DNA of 64,000 nucleotides from Phoronis australis (GCA_002633005.1 NMRA01000250.1:155534-219533); one strand, 5' to 3'; shown: positions 24,216-36,633, numbered from the stretch's first letter. Numbers and translations: made by a program. The notes: a model not told the origin generated them from the letters alone.

Positions 24216-27200
24216 CAGTCAGTTGGGTAATCGTTTACAATATGACGACATTGATTTACACAAATGATTTTGGTATTGTTCGAATCCTTGCAACGTTATC
24301 TTTCTAAAAATACAAGAATTTTTTCCTACCCTGCTTCCTTAGTATTTTACCGTGAAATTTCTGCTTGGACTATTTCCTGGTACTCGGTAGTAACACTGCC
24401 ATAGTTGAATGGAAGGAGTCACCTAGCGGTCAAAAACTGAACTTATCTACCAACTTGTGCAGATTGTCGCTATTCATAAGTTCAAATTGGAAGAGACCCG
24501 TTTATCCCCTGCCTGAGTTACAGTCCCAAGGTTTCGAATTCGATCCTATGGTGACCCTGGTACGCATCTGCTAGCAAGAATCCGCGAAAAAGCGAAAGTT
24601 GTTTTTGAGGTCCCAATTGGTGAAAAGGGTTTCGCTTCAAACAATTTTCATGGAAAAATGGTCAAATGGTCACAATTATAAAAAATTGGAAAAGGTGAAA
24701 TGCCGCTACTTGTTCCTTCATATTATGTCGGGAAAACTAGCGGGAATCTTGCGCGGGCAAACACCATTCAGAATCGATGATGTTGTTTCATTTATTAACA
24801 ACAGGTGTCGCTGTAATCTTGAGTTGAGCTAACATGGCGGTTTCAATCGGGAAATAGTGCGAACCGAAATTCGACGATAAAATACGGAGGAAACGCCGTA
24901 GGGGATACATTCATTTTTGGAAAGACAACGTTGAGAGGAATCGAACGAAACCAAAATCATATGTGTAAGTCAATGTCGGCATATTGTAAACAATTACCGT
25001 CAGTTGCTGCGAATGTGGTGTATTGGGGACAATCAGAAGCTGAGGACGTCTGTGATCCTCAGGCTCAGTCAAGCCCTCACCTCACTCACCGTCCCTCATC
25101 ACTCAGTTGCTGCGAAAGGGCGTAGCCTGTCAAAGTTTAAAAACCTTTAAACTTCAAATAAAGTTGACCTGATCACTTGAAGATTGATATGAGCTTTAGT
25201 GGACTTACCTGGCTCATAAAATACCAGAGTCGTGCACCGCCACTGTAGTTAGATTCTTAAAACGAGGAAGACCTCGAAGAATCGCGGGCATAGTCCATTA
25301 CCATGGTGGTTACAGAGCATAATTGATTGATAGCTTTTATAAATACTCTGCTAATGTTTGAGTGCGATATACCCAAAATTATCTCAAATACAAATCAGCG
25401 ACTATTTTTATAAATAAAATTAACTGTTGTAAAAACACGATCGAAAAATATCTCACAATACACATCTATGTTTTATTTCGTTAATTACATAGCAGAATGG
25501 CAAGCTCTGAAAAATTACATCACACGCCAAATTAAGGCATTTCTATAAAATAATTATTCATGTTTTGTTGAAAACAAGTCATTTTGCTCGGTATTATTTT
25601 TAATATTTTATTTTGATGATTTATGTGTGTATTTAACAATAAAATCCTTATATACGATCAAAACGAACATTTGGTTAATCACGTTGAACAAATTGGGCGC
25701 ATTTTTCAAAAGCGTCTGCTTCGCGTAAACCTCATTTCAAAGGTTTAGGCATACGCTGTGCTCGTATATTCGGTAAGAAACTTTCGTCATTTGTTAACGA
25801 GATGTCATAAAATTAAAAGAATTCGACTGCTGAGCCCACTGCCGACTAGCCAGTTTCTTCACCACGCAACGGCAGACGGTCTCGAGGCACAGTCTCCCGG
25901 GTATTGTGGCCGTGAGGTGTGACGCCTGCCGCCGGTGAGCATGGGTGCAGTGCTGTAGTGGGGCGTAGGAGCATGTAGGCGCACGTAGGCGCAGCCAACC
26001 ATCGTTTGGCATTTGAACGTAGCGTGCCGTATGTTACGTTCATTGCTGAAGGTGATACGGTGAGGTTTGGGGCGCCTACTACCCAGACTACGACAGCCGA
26101 GTACAGGCGTGGACCTGTCCTAGCTACATGTAAAATCTAGCTAAAGTCATTTAAAATACACGGCAATATCTCACGTAATCTCCCGAAGTCTTGCTTTTTA
26201 GCGAGGTCATAGCGTTACTGAACGGGACTCGAGACAGGTTACAGCACTGCATGGGCATCATGGGCCAGACGTCAGGCTCCGTGTCGGATTATTGGACCCC
26301 GAAGGGAGCAGTCAACGCAATCCGAACGTGACGCTGAAATCGTTTGCATTTTTTACTTTTCCGTAAATAAAACAACAAGAATGGATCAACTGAAATTTGA
26401 AATTTTCGGATGTAATAACTTCCTTTGTCAACAGAAACATTCTTGTTGTTTTATTTACCGATTTATATTCTGCATTTTGTGAAACAAAAGTATCCTTGGG
26501 AGGATCTGGATCGCCTTATTTAGTTTCAGATTTATTTTCTACATTACTTTTCCGATAATTATGCTTTCTATGAATACTGGCGCTTTTCGAAATTGAGTTC
26601 TTTCTATGGCACAACAAACGCGGCGTGCTGCTTCGGAGATACGTGAATTTTTTTCGATGATATTTTTGGGTTCAAGCAGGTTGCTTCCAGGCAGAAAGGT
26701 TTTACCAGTCGGGTTAAACCTAGATGAGTCTGATTATCATTCAACGGCATTCGATCGGTATCTAACGTGGAATTGTCGTGAGGACTTGACAGGGACCTCA
26801 GGGGTCTCACGCTCCACTAGCTTATGTACACTAATTTGAAAAGGCTTCGCCCAGTCGCACTTTTTATCCTAAAAGAGATAGTGATGCCTGCAGCTGACGC
26901 CGCAAGTAAAACTACTCTGATTTACCATATTGGTGTACACGCACAGTAGAACTAATAATAATAATAATAAACTTTTTTTGAAGAGGATAAAAATAAAATA
27001 AATGTAAAACATGCTTTAGCCAAAGGCTAATATCCAGCATGGTCCACGACGATTTAGTGTAACATGTAGCTCGTAGTATAAAATGATTTTTTATTATGGA
27101 AAACTCGTGAAAAAGGAATCGATGGAGGGGGAACAATACACCAGTGTCGCACACTCAAACGCAGTTCCCTCACTAAAAACATACCCCTCCCGTCTCGATA

Positions 27201-27959
27201 AACTTATTTCAAAAACTCCTGTCCTGAGTGATGAATATATGGCCGGCGCACCATAGGGGGCTGGGGGGCTATAGTCCCCACTTATTTCAGTGCTGCGCTG
27301 CCCCTGAGCATGGGTGGCGCTTACCATAGGGGGCTTTTAGGAGGCTTTAGCTCCCACTTATTTCAGTACTGCGCCGCCCATGAATATGGCTCTCCTCAGC
27401 CCGGGCAAATTAGTGCATCCCAAATCACATACTCTCAAACTAATGCTCGGACTCTCAAACATGATGCGGCGGACTCCACGTAGTACGGTTCATGGTGAGC
27501 CCGTTGGTGTACACTTATATAATTCCGGCATCCTTTGCTCGGCCATCGCCGGTGTGCCGTGTTTGTGAGTCTGTGAAGTACGTTTTCTGAGCACTGTAAG
27601 GCGTGTTTATCGGTGACTCACAACCATGTTATTCGCACTACTTGAATATGTAACCTTGCGTCAGTCCGATGCGTCATTATGGGAAATCAACACTAGTACC
27701 ACCCAAATTGAGTGTGCACTTAATGGATACCGATTTAGGCGACAGATCTCTGATTACCGAAGAATTTCCAAAACTCGCAAAAAGTTGCCAAATTCTCAAT
27801 TTTTTCCTGCAAAGCAACAAAATTCCCCTGATTTTGTAGAGACGCGACGTGACTACAGGAATCGGCGCGTTGTCAGAGTGCGGCCGCAGAGTGTTCCATC
27901 GACTTCCGATTTTTGGAATTTAAAAGGTTGGCAAGTAGGTAATGGAGGTTGATTTACGA

Positions 27960-28468
27960 ATGTACTTGACGCACAGACAAATGCTCATGTTTTCTTTGCT
28001 TGTGAGGTGTGCAAGGAGCAGAGGGTACAGCTTTTCCATACACTCGAACAATGCCCCAATGTTTATAAAAAATATTCTGAAATTCCACAAGTGTTCAACA
28101 AAATTAATTTTTTTCTATATGGAATTCCAGAACTCAACCCAAATGAAAATAAGGTTTTATTCGAAACAGTATCAAAATTTCTTTATAATATCGAATCTCT
28201 TTGTGTGAGTGGATAGAACTGTATAAATGTGTATGAAAATGATTTATTTACATTCGTAATCATATGTCATTGTAATCTTAACAACATTTTTTTAATTTAT
28301 GTATTTGTGTAAAATAATTGTATACAGATTTCTTTTAATGTATTAGTGTAAAATAATTGTATATAGATTTCTTTGTACTTTTTTAACCCAGATATAATGC
28401 CTCTTGGCGCTTTCTGGGTTATGTATATTCATTGTATCGAGGATTTCGTAATAAACATTATAAAAAAT
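27960..28468 (+). mobile_element. 3' end fragment of a CR1/L2-group LINE
   Basis: FHTLEQCPNVY...FFLYG.PELNPNENKVLFETVSKFL resembles the H...C..Y ... lyG...l....N..lf..v..fi ORF2 C-terminus; ends AATAAACATTATAAAAAA. Confidence 0.55.
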
Positions 28469-29466
28469 GTACTTGAATGAGTATACATTCGAATGGTTAT
28501 GATAAGGGTTCCACGTTGCGAGTGCACATCTTTTGTGACTTATAGTGTCGCTCGACACATGTCGGATGGAATATGTGTCGTGTGCGACAATATATGACAC
28601 AACAAAATCTGACCATACACATTTTCAAAAAAGTGTATCAATCCAAAACCTATCTAATCTAGGTCGACAACTTACGTTCTGTTGTAGCCAAGGGGGCGCG
28701 GGAGGATAAAGCTCTGCGCCCGTCGGGCACTCATTTCAATTTGCGTCTGCCCTGTTCGTCAATTATTTCACTCCTTAGCCAGATGCTAACAATATTACGT
28801 TTCCCTTTATTGTTGAACACTACTGAATGTACCACTGGTCTTATAGTTTTCAACCGATTTCGTAATTCCCAAATTTCTACAGAACTTGTTATTACTATCA
28901 TGGCTGAAACAGACACGTCGTGTACACTGTACACCTGCAGCTTGGCAACACACTACCCGCATTATGACGCATTGGTCTTACACGGAATCGTACAAAAATA
29001 ATTGGACATCCACGTATCTGTATTGCAGTGGAAGGTACAATAAACCTAAGCAATTATGCCAACAAAAATAAATTAATTTAGGTCCTTTATTGACGCACAA
29101 TCGTTCTCATCAAGTTCCTTAAAAACGCTCCGTACGATGTTTTTAGTACGCATTTACTTCGAAAATTGTAATTTCTCCCCCCCCCCCTTTACGACATCCT
29201 TAATCCGCTAGTGAGTCAGATTATACTTGGTTTCTAGAATTGAAACAGCCTCTTATAGTTTCTTGCCATGGCAGGCTACATGTAATTTCAGTTGCCAAAG
29301 CAGTACGACAGATTTCAACTGAAGCAGGTGATAGCAACACTACCATAGGACGTTGCTGTTGAAGAGTTAGGGGTATTTACGACAACATAACATACAGCGG
29401 CTTTGAATAAAAGTATTAGTGAAGGAAATTGCTTTGTTATAATCAAAATCCTGTTGTGCAGGTAAA

Positions 29467-29644
29467 ATGGCGACGGATAAACCAATATGGTCACCAGGCA
29501 TGAAACAGAACAGATTGGAGGCAAAGTTACACCTGCCAGCTGGCTTTGAGGTGCTGCTAACGCGATTTAGCAGGGAAGTTATTCGCCACCAACCCCCTAA
29601 CATCCTCATATTTGCTGCTCAGTTCTTTGATAGACAATTGACAA
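29467..29644 (+). CDS. RIIa (dimerisation/docking) domain exon, SPA17/CABYR/ropporin-like
   Basis: LPAGFEVLLTRFSREVIRHQPPNILIFAAQFF matches SPA17 IPQGFGNLLEGLTREILREQPDNIPAFAAAYF; ATG in AAAATGGCG context after a gcag acceptor; donor A/GTGAGT. Confidence 0.85.
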
Positions 29645-30382
29645 GTGAGTGACATTGTTTTTGTGATACGCCTGCATTTCTTTTTTTCTCCCCATCTCTC
29701 CAGCCAGATTTTAGAACATTTGTTATTTAATATTGTAACGAGTTAGATCAGTTTCCAAAGGCAGCATGCTTGCCAGTTTTGCGCTGGTAACAATATGTTA
29801 CTAGATATAGCTTGAACCCTTAGTACCTCAAACAAACGGCATGCAACAATCACATTGGAATACAAACACGGCATTGCTCTATTTTAGTGGCTTATGGAGG
29901 CAGCAGTAACGAAGGCTCTTCATTTCTGGAAAAATTAAAGGTAAATTCAAACAAAGCTCAGTATAATGATAATAGATCAACATATTCTTGATTGAGTTGA
30001 CGTATCGACGGGGTTTAGGATTTCTAAACCCTCTCCCCAGGGGAAACGACCAAAAATTGTAAACATGCATAAAATAGCGTGAGCAAACTTCCTCCGTGGG
30101 TAAAACCATACTCCTCCGCTGGTTGAAATATAGTAATAACTGTCGAACTACGGTCTTCATTCCTCACAAAGAATGTATTTTTGTAGCGCATCTTAAGCGA
30201 GTTTAGTAAATGTTAAATACAAAAACTCACGAAAATGACTTTGTTTTTATAATGTTATTACTGAGTCTGATCGTCAGATATAACTTGTATTCCTAACCTT
30301 CATTTCATTAACTTGGTGGTTAGTTTATCAATGTTTCTTTAAATTTTTAAGACCAAGAACCCCAAGGACGACCATGTTACAG

Positions 30383-31833
30383 GTTCAGCTACCGCAGAAA
30401 TGAAGCCCGATGACCAACTAGATGCTTTCCCTGAAATACCACAGGAGACAACCATAACACAGTCAGAGCAGACACTCAGTGAGCGTATGGCTTTTGAACC
30501 AGAGATGCAACTTCCTGGGGAACAGCAAATGGCACAAGAAATGATTCCATACGGAGAAGCGGCAACTCCAGAACAGGCAGAAGTGATAGAGCAAACTAGT
30601 AGAGTGCCAGGGGAGAGAACCGATGAGCAGCAAACAGTTGCGTATGGATTGGAAGTATCTGCTCATGAGCAGCAAGAGTTTTCTGAGCAACAGGAAGTGG
30701 ATATGCAAGCTCATGGGGGTCAAATCCTCGATCAGCAGCAAGTGTTAGAAGAGTATGCTCAGCAAGAAATGCTAGAGGAATATGTTTTACCAGAAGCACG
30801 AGAGGAATTGGCTCAAGAAGACATTCAAGGACATTTGGCTCAACAAGAATTGCAAGACGGATTTGTAGAGCAGGAAGCGCCACAGGAATTCGCTCAACAA
30901 GAAGTTGAAGGGGACCTTGTTCAGTATTACGGGGATGTTCAAGACGAGTCTGCGATTGAAATGCCATTGGAAAACCAGCCTTTTGACCAGCAAGTCGTGC
31001 ATGGAGAGACAAATTTAGCAGAAGATGTTCCACAACATGCACAACACTACGAGCCAGTGTTTGGAATGCTTCCAGATCAGGAACAACCTGAAGCAGTGTC
31101 CAACATGGAAGTTGGTGCAGATAACTTTGGAGTGGAAGTAACTGGACAAGTGGAATATGATGGAGCCGAACAATTGGCAGGCGAGGTTGCTCCAGAACTT
31201 GAAACTTTTGAAACCGGACAAGGTGTACCACCAGGTGAAGAGACCTTTGTGGACGTGCAGCAGACAGATGTGCCAGCAGAGACCTTATACCAAGAGTCGC
31301 CGTACGAGAATGTGGAGCAACTGATGTCACAACAACAACTAGGAGAACAGATGCCACATGACTACGAGAACGTTCAGGAGTTGCTGCTGGTTGATGGACA
31401 GGGGCAACCGATTCCGCAAGAACAAGAACACGTCTATGAGAATGTCCAGGAGGTGTTTGGGACTGATGAACAGGAGCAACTAATTCCACAAGAGGAGCAA
31501 GAACAAGAAATGGAACATGACTATGAGAACGTCCAGCAGGTGATGGATGGACAGGAGCACCTGATTCCGCAAGAAGAACAAGTTCAAGATATTATGCATG
31601 ACTATGAGAACGTCCAGCAGGTGACGGATGGACAGGAGCACCTGATTCCGCAAGAAGAACAAGTTCAAGATATTATGCATGACTATGAGAACGTCCAGGA
31701 GGTGTTTGACACTGATGGACACGAGCAACTGATTCTACAAGAAGAACAAGGACAAGAAACGTCACATGACTATGAGAACGTCCAGCAGATGCTGCTGAAT
31801 GATGGTCAAGAGCAGAGCAATGGCGGTGCTTAA
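30383..31833 (+). CDS. Large exon encoding a highly acidic Glu/Gln-rich region with seven YENV motifs; probable C-terminal part of the RIIa-domain protein
   Basis: Open frame 30343-31833 with strong compositional bias; acceptor at 30382 fits the phase-1 donor at 29644 (an alternative phase-0 acceptor is at 30351). Linkage to the RIIa exon is inferred. Confidence 0.75.
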
Positions 31834-32225
31834 TAGCAGCAGAAGAAGAATATAAATACCTGCTGGGTGAGCACTGCAGTTAAAGTCATTCTTGCTTCAA
31901 TGAACGCAACGTTTTAATTTTTTTCGGATATAACAGTTAACCAGTTGAAAATTTTATTGCGACCGAGTGTTTGAATTGCGATAATAAAACGCACTTGATT
32001 AGAAATAACAGTTGTTATAGTTATGGGGGAAAACAACCAGAAAATGAGCAATATCTTAATATATTTATACCACAAAACAATAACATTAATACCAGGAAAT
32101 GGTAAATAAAATTTCACTCTAATATGTCAGATTAGGGCTCATTTACTTTTGCTGCAGATGGAACTAATTTTTAATCAAGTAATTGAAACAAGTTTCTTGG
32201 TTTTGCAATCTAGGTGACTGTCGTC

Positions 32226-33338
32226 TCAGGTGAATAATTTGCGCTGCGGCTTTGCTTTATTACCAGTGCAAACCGCTTCCTCTAACCATTTCCGTAACCT
32301 TTCTTCGCATTGCTTATGTTCATTTTCCAAGTAGTGGTCTTTCACTTTAGCAACGTCTTTCTGCATTTGTTTAATTCTGTATTGAATTCTCTCTTCTTTG
32401 GTAAGAGACAGGCAGAGTGGGAACTCCACCGTGTCCGTATCTTCGTCGTCAGCCTTCGGGTTTTGTTGGGGTGCTTTGTGAATCACGGCAACACGAGGAG
32501 CGTGAGCAATACTCGGCGCCGAACTTGGCTTCACGTGGTGCATAAAAGCATTCGTCGACTTTGTGGGAGGGTGAATACTCATCCCTATATTGTGCTGCAT
32601 ACTTTTTACTCTCATTGGACCAAATCGTTTAAACGGCGCGACGTTAAATTTTGGTGCTTCTTGATACGAAGTCAGTGGTACCACGGGAAGAGATACGGAA
32701 CTAGTCCCCAGTTTCATCCTTGGGTACCCTTGGTGATTGTCTGTTTTTGCGGCGCTCTGTTGAGATTTTGACTTTATGTTCCCCTCCCCGTTGATGTTCT
32801 CGTCTTTTAGTGATTGAGACTCAGATAAAGACGACTCGTTGCCATCGTTCTCATGTTTGCTAAGCGTAGTTAAAGAATTTGAAGACTCCGAGTCGGATTC
32901 TTGGTCAGTCTCGTTCACCAGTGAACTGCTAGATGACGCTTTATCTGCATAAAAATCCTCACCTTTCTTGGTCTTATTGTTAAAGGGCGATAGTTTGAGG
33001 TTTTGAAATCCCTCCTCGTTTGCTAGCGTCTCGCCGTGTGATTTAAGTTGAACATCTCGGCGAAAGTGCTCTTTGTAACCTATTCTACCGAGTTTCTCCT
33101 CAGCTGCCCGAGCGATCAGTAGACTGTTTCGTCGACTTTTAATAAATTTTATCTTATCCACTTGCACTCTGTTTTGAAACTGCTTGTGATCCGTGCAAAT
33201 GGCACCCAAGTTGCTGGATAATTTTTTGTCTTCCGTTTTGTTCAAACAGCGTACATATTCGTAGGTTCTTTGGATACTTTTTTTCTCCGCACGCTGCGTA
33301 ACTTTCTTTTTTACTGCTTGGCAATCTATCCTGTCCAT
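32226..33338 (-). CDS. Uncharacterised ~370-aa protein in a single coding exon: helical N- and C-terminal segments, Ser-rich middle
   Basis: 1.1-kb uninterrupted ORF; the acceptor tcttttacag lies 2 nt before the ATG at 33338, so this start is preferred over 33386. Confidence 0.75.
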   Translation of the reverse strand: MDRIDCQAVKKKVTQRAEKKSIQRTYEYVRCLNKTEDKKLSSNLGAICTDHKQFQNRVQVDKIKFIKSRRNSLLIARAAEEKLGRIGYKEHFRRDVQLKSHGETLANEEGFQNLKLSPFNNKTKKGEDFYADKASSSSSLVNETDQESDSESSNSLTTLSKHENDGNESSLSESQSLKDENINGEGNIKSKSQQSAAKTDNHQGYPRMKLGTSSVSLPVVPLTSYQEAPKFNVAPFKRFGPMRVKSMQHNIGMSIHPPTKSTNAFMHHVKPSSAPSIAHAPRVAVIHKAPQQNPKADDEDTDTVEFPLCLSLTKEERIQYRIKQMQKDVAKVKDHYLENEHKQCEERLRKWLEEAVCTGNKAKPQRKLFT

Positions 33339-33459
33339 TTCTGTAAAAGACATAAACACTGAATAGCAATATGGCGAACGACACATCTCTCACTACAAAC
33401 AACTACATCGCTTGGTCACCTGTTTTTTTCTGATTATGTCAACTTAAACATGTAATTAA

Positions 33460-33689
33460 CATTCGCGCACCCAGCCTAAATTTTAAGTGGGCTCGAATTT
33501 TCGAAAATGTGAACCTTTTACCAACAAAAAACGGGACTAAAAACAGGGTATCACTTTTAGAGCTGTAAATTTTGCCTTTTTAGTGGACTTGTGTCTCGTT
33601 TTCTCGGGCTTTTTGTTTCTCTGAGGCGGCTTTTGCCCAATTTGCCAAGTGAGGGGGGCTCGTTCGAGGCCCTCCTGGGTGCGCGCATG
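33460..33689. mobile_element. CATG-ended MITE with 5-bp TSD
   Basis: CATTCGCGCACCC ... GGGTGCGCGCATG, with ATTAA on both sides. Confidence 0.8.
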
Positions 33690-33919
33690 ATTAACTAATC
33701 CACTTTAACTTTTACAGCACAAGCAGTGCCACTGTTTGATTTTTTTCTGGAATACGTATTATTATTTTTTCATACGGCGCCAGCTTGCCTTTCTACTTAT
33801 AAATTCAGTGGTTGCATATGCTGGTAGAATCGCCTCAACAAATATCATTTATTCTCGTTTTCTGTCGTAGACGTCTAGATCTAATCATCGCTGCATTCCG
33901 TGAGAGTAACAAAAATTTA

Positions 33920-34264
33920 TAAGCTACTAAACTCTGTTTGACGACTTCCATCAATCCTCGTTCTGTCATCTGCTAATGCATTATTGGCGTCAATCTTCCA
34001 AGTTAAATGCAGGAATCAACTTAACACTCATACTCCATGCTCCTTGCCTTGGTGTGTGGTCTTTTCCCACAGTTGCTGTGTAATTCGTTAAGGGCGTAGG
34101 TCACGCTTGCTCGTTTAGCAGACTTTGAAAGGAGTTTTCAAATTTTTATCCAAACTTTTCAAGGATGTCGAGGGTGACAGCAGTATTTTATTTCAGGGAA
34201 ATGAATGGGAAAATTGTTTTTAGTATCTGTTAATTGGCCAAAACCGGGTTTGGTATCCATTTAA
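33920..34264. mobile_element. ~340-bp MITE, related to 63075-63414 (possibly Kolobok-type)
   Basis: Colinear with 63075-63414, e.g. CCACAGTTGCTGTG.AATTCGTTAA, ACTTTGAAAGGAGTTTT and GGCCAAAACCGGGTTT. Confidence 0.6.
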
Positions 34265-36519
34265 CAAATAATCGTAAAGAAAAGCGTGCATGCCAGACTC
34301 CGTAGCATAGGTGTTTTACTCTCGATCAAGGAGTTCATTCATTAAGTGGAGCTGCGTTTAATGAAACTCGTTGTCTTTTACATTCTTGATAAGATGGTGA
34401 AAGGCGTGGCATTTCTCATTCTTTTTTATTCAAAATACAAGTTTTGTAGTTTCTTATGTTTTATATCTCCGCGGTAGTTACTCAATCAAAAATGCACAAT
34501 GTGCATAGGTTTTGTCGACATTTTTATTAATTTTACGTTTATGTTTGCTGGCGACCATTAATTTTATGCTTTCTTATATATAACGGCAATGTAAAACAGA
34601 TGTGCTGAAGCAAGATATTCTAAATGGATCCATGTGCGGTAATAATGCAGCCAAATACTTGTTTTGCCAATACAGTATACGAATTGAACTTGCCAAATTC
34701 AACTTACCTCAAACGATACGGAGATTCTGCTGACACACATACTTCGTGGAAAATACACAATATGTTGTCTTCACACCGTTGATGGGGTACATGGGTGTTC
34801 GTCAATTAGTGTGCGGGCCGTATAAGGATAAACATAAATGAGACACGGCGTTAACGATGTGATCGACAATCTCTTGTCAATAGTTGTTCATTGTTATCCT
34901 AATGACTTGTGGCCTGGGTCGATTACTAGTCCTACTAAATAAACTTGGTGAGTAAACATTCTTTTTATTCGGTTGCAAATCAATTATTATAGAACGGAAG
35001 AAAGAGTCGTTAGTCATTTATTATTAAGCGCGTCCTAAAATCCTACACTGACAATCTTTTAGCGTTGTTCAAAACGGGACGTTCTGAGTTATCAGTTTTA
35101 TCAGTTTGTCCTCGTGTTTGGTTCAAACTATTCGGCTATACAGACGGAGGTTTAAATAACTGACTAATAAAATAACCCATGATCAGAAAAAGCCAAAACA
35201 CTAGCTTTTTAATTTGCGTCAGTTATGACTTGATTATAGTGGTCTGTGCTGGCACGTTACGTGACTTTCGTAAGCATCGACAAGAAACATCGATTTAGAC
35301 CAAAGTCATTACAGACTTCACCACTCTCAAAGGAATGCGACTGCATCTCACAGTATGCAACTGATAAAAGTGCGCTACTATAACTGTTTTTGACGCCAAA
35401 GATTTGTCAACATCACTTGTGACATGGTTGTTTTTGCGCCCCAGTAAAAAATAGCGGTCATCGCCCCTGGTCAATCTTTAAGAGACCTCACACCAAGCAA
35501 TCATTATGGTGGTCTAGGCAAAAGGAGTCTTGCACCTTTATTTTTCGCCGCTGTACAAGGAACGCGGGTGGTTGCCACCTTTCAAAAGTCTACAAAACAG
35601 TGGAGAATTTTTCGCTTTGGTCACCCTTCAGATTCCCTCAGCCCCAGAAAATTTTTATGATGCCTATTCAGCTCGCCCTTTGCATTGATGTAGATCTGAG
35701 CTAATGAAGTGGAAAGCAATGTCTCAACAATGATGGTTCTTATTACACCCAAATTGGTTTTCTCTGGCATTTGCACAGTGATATAACCTGCAACTGTGGA
35801 GAGTAGTTTTAACTTGGTACATTTTAATTATTACAAAATGACTAAAAGTTAATTTGGTATGTTTATCTTGACCGAGGACCACTTCCCAAAGGAACGATAT
35901 GTTTCATACCGGTTTTAATACTCATGTTTCCCTGTTTTTTTACCGGGAACGGTTTAACATCTTTTTATTCTATTTTTAAACTCCAAGTACCAAAACAGTG
36001 CTAGCTTTTGATAGTCTGCAAAGCTTAATTAGTTTAGTTAATTCAACTTTCCTGATTACACCTACACTAAACATTTCACATCGATCAAAACTACACGTGC
36101 CATTAGTTCAAGTTTAATCTTTATTAGAACTCAAATCATAACATGTATACAAAAGTACAAATAATGATGATAGCAAAACTAAAGATTTGGAATTTCTGGA
36201 CAATTTTGATTGCACTGGCTACCTAACTATTCTCATAGCTGTTTGTTGAGTCTGTGATTAACAGTCCTTGGGCAACGGTACCACTAGGTTATGATTGTTC
36301 TAATTTGAATAGTCATCCCAGTGAGTTAAATACGTCTTTGTTACTATCAACTTAATTTTACCAAAATCTGATCACCAGAGCACAGGTGAAGATTGGCATA
36401 TTCATATTGGTTAATTCCAAAAAAACCATCTTCAGGGAGAAGTAGTAGGACAGAATGCAAAATCAAACCAAGCCAAAACAGTACAATTTTATATAGTCAC
36501 ACTGCTCATGTCAATCTTT

Positions 36520-36633
36520 ACTTTTTGTCTCGTTTTCTTGGACATCTTGTTTCCCTGAGGCGGACCTTTTTGTCCACTTCACCGAATGGGGGGCTCGAAG
36601 GAGCCCCTCGAGCCCCCCCTGGGTGCGCGCATG
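36520..36633. mobile_element. Truncated CATG-ended MITE copy
   Basis: Right half only, ending GGGTGCGCGCATG. Confidence 0.65.

Noticed and set aside
25203-25212. ACTTACCTGG, similar to the U1 snRNA 5' end
   Set aside because: No downstream U1 sequence; it is simply the complement of a consensus donor, and the adjacent frames I translated hit stops.
30463-31728. Minus-strand ORFs up to 297 aa
   Set aside because: Antisense shadows of the Glu/Gln-rich plus-strand exon.
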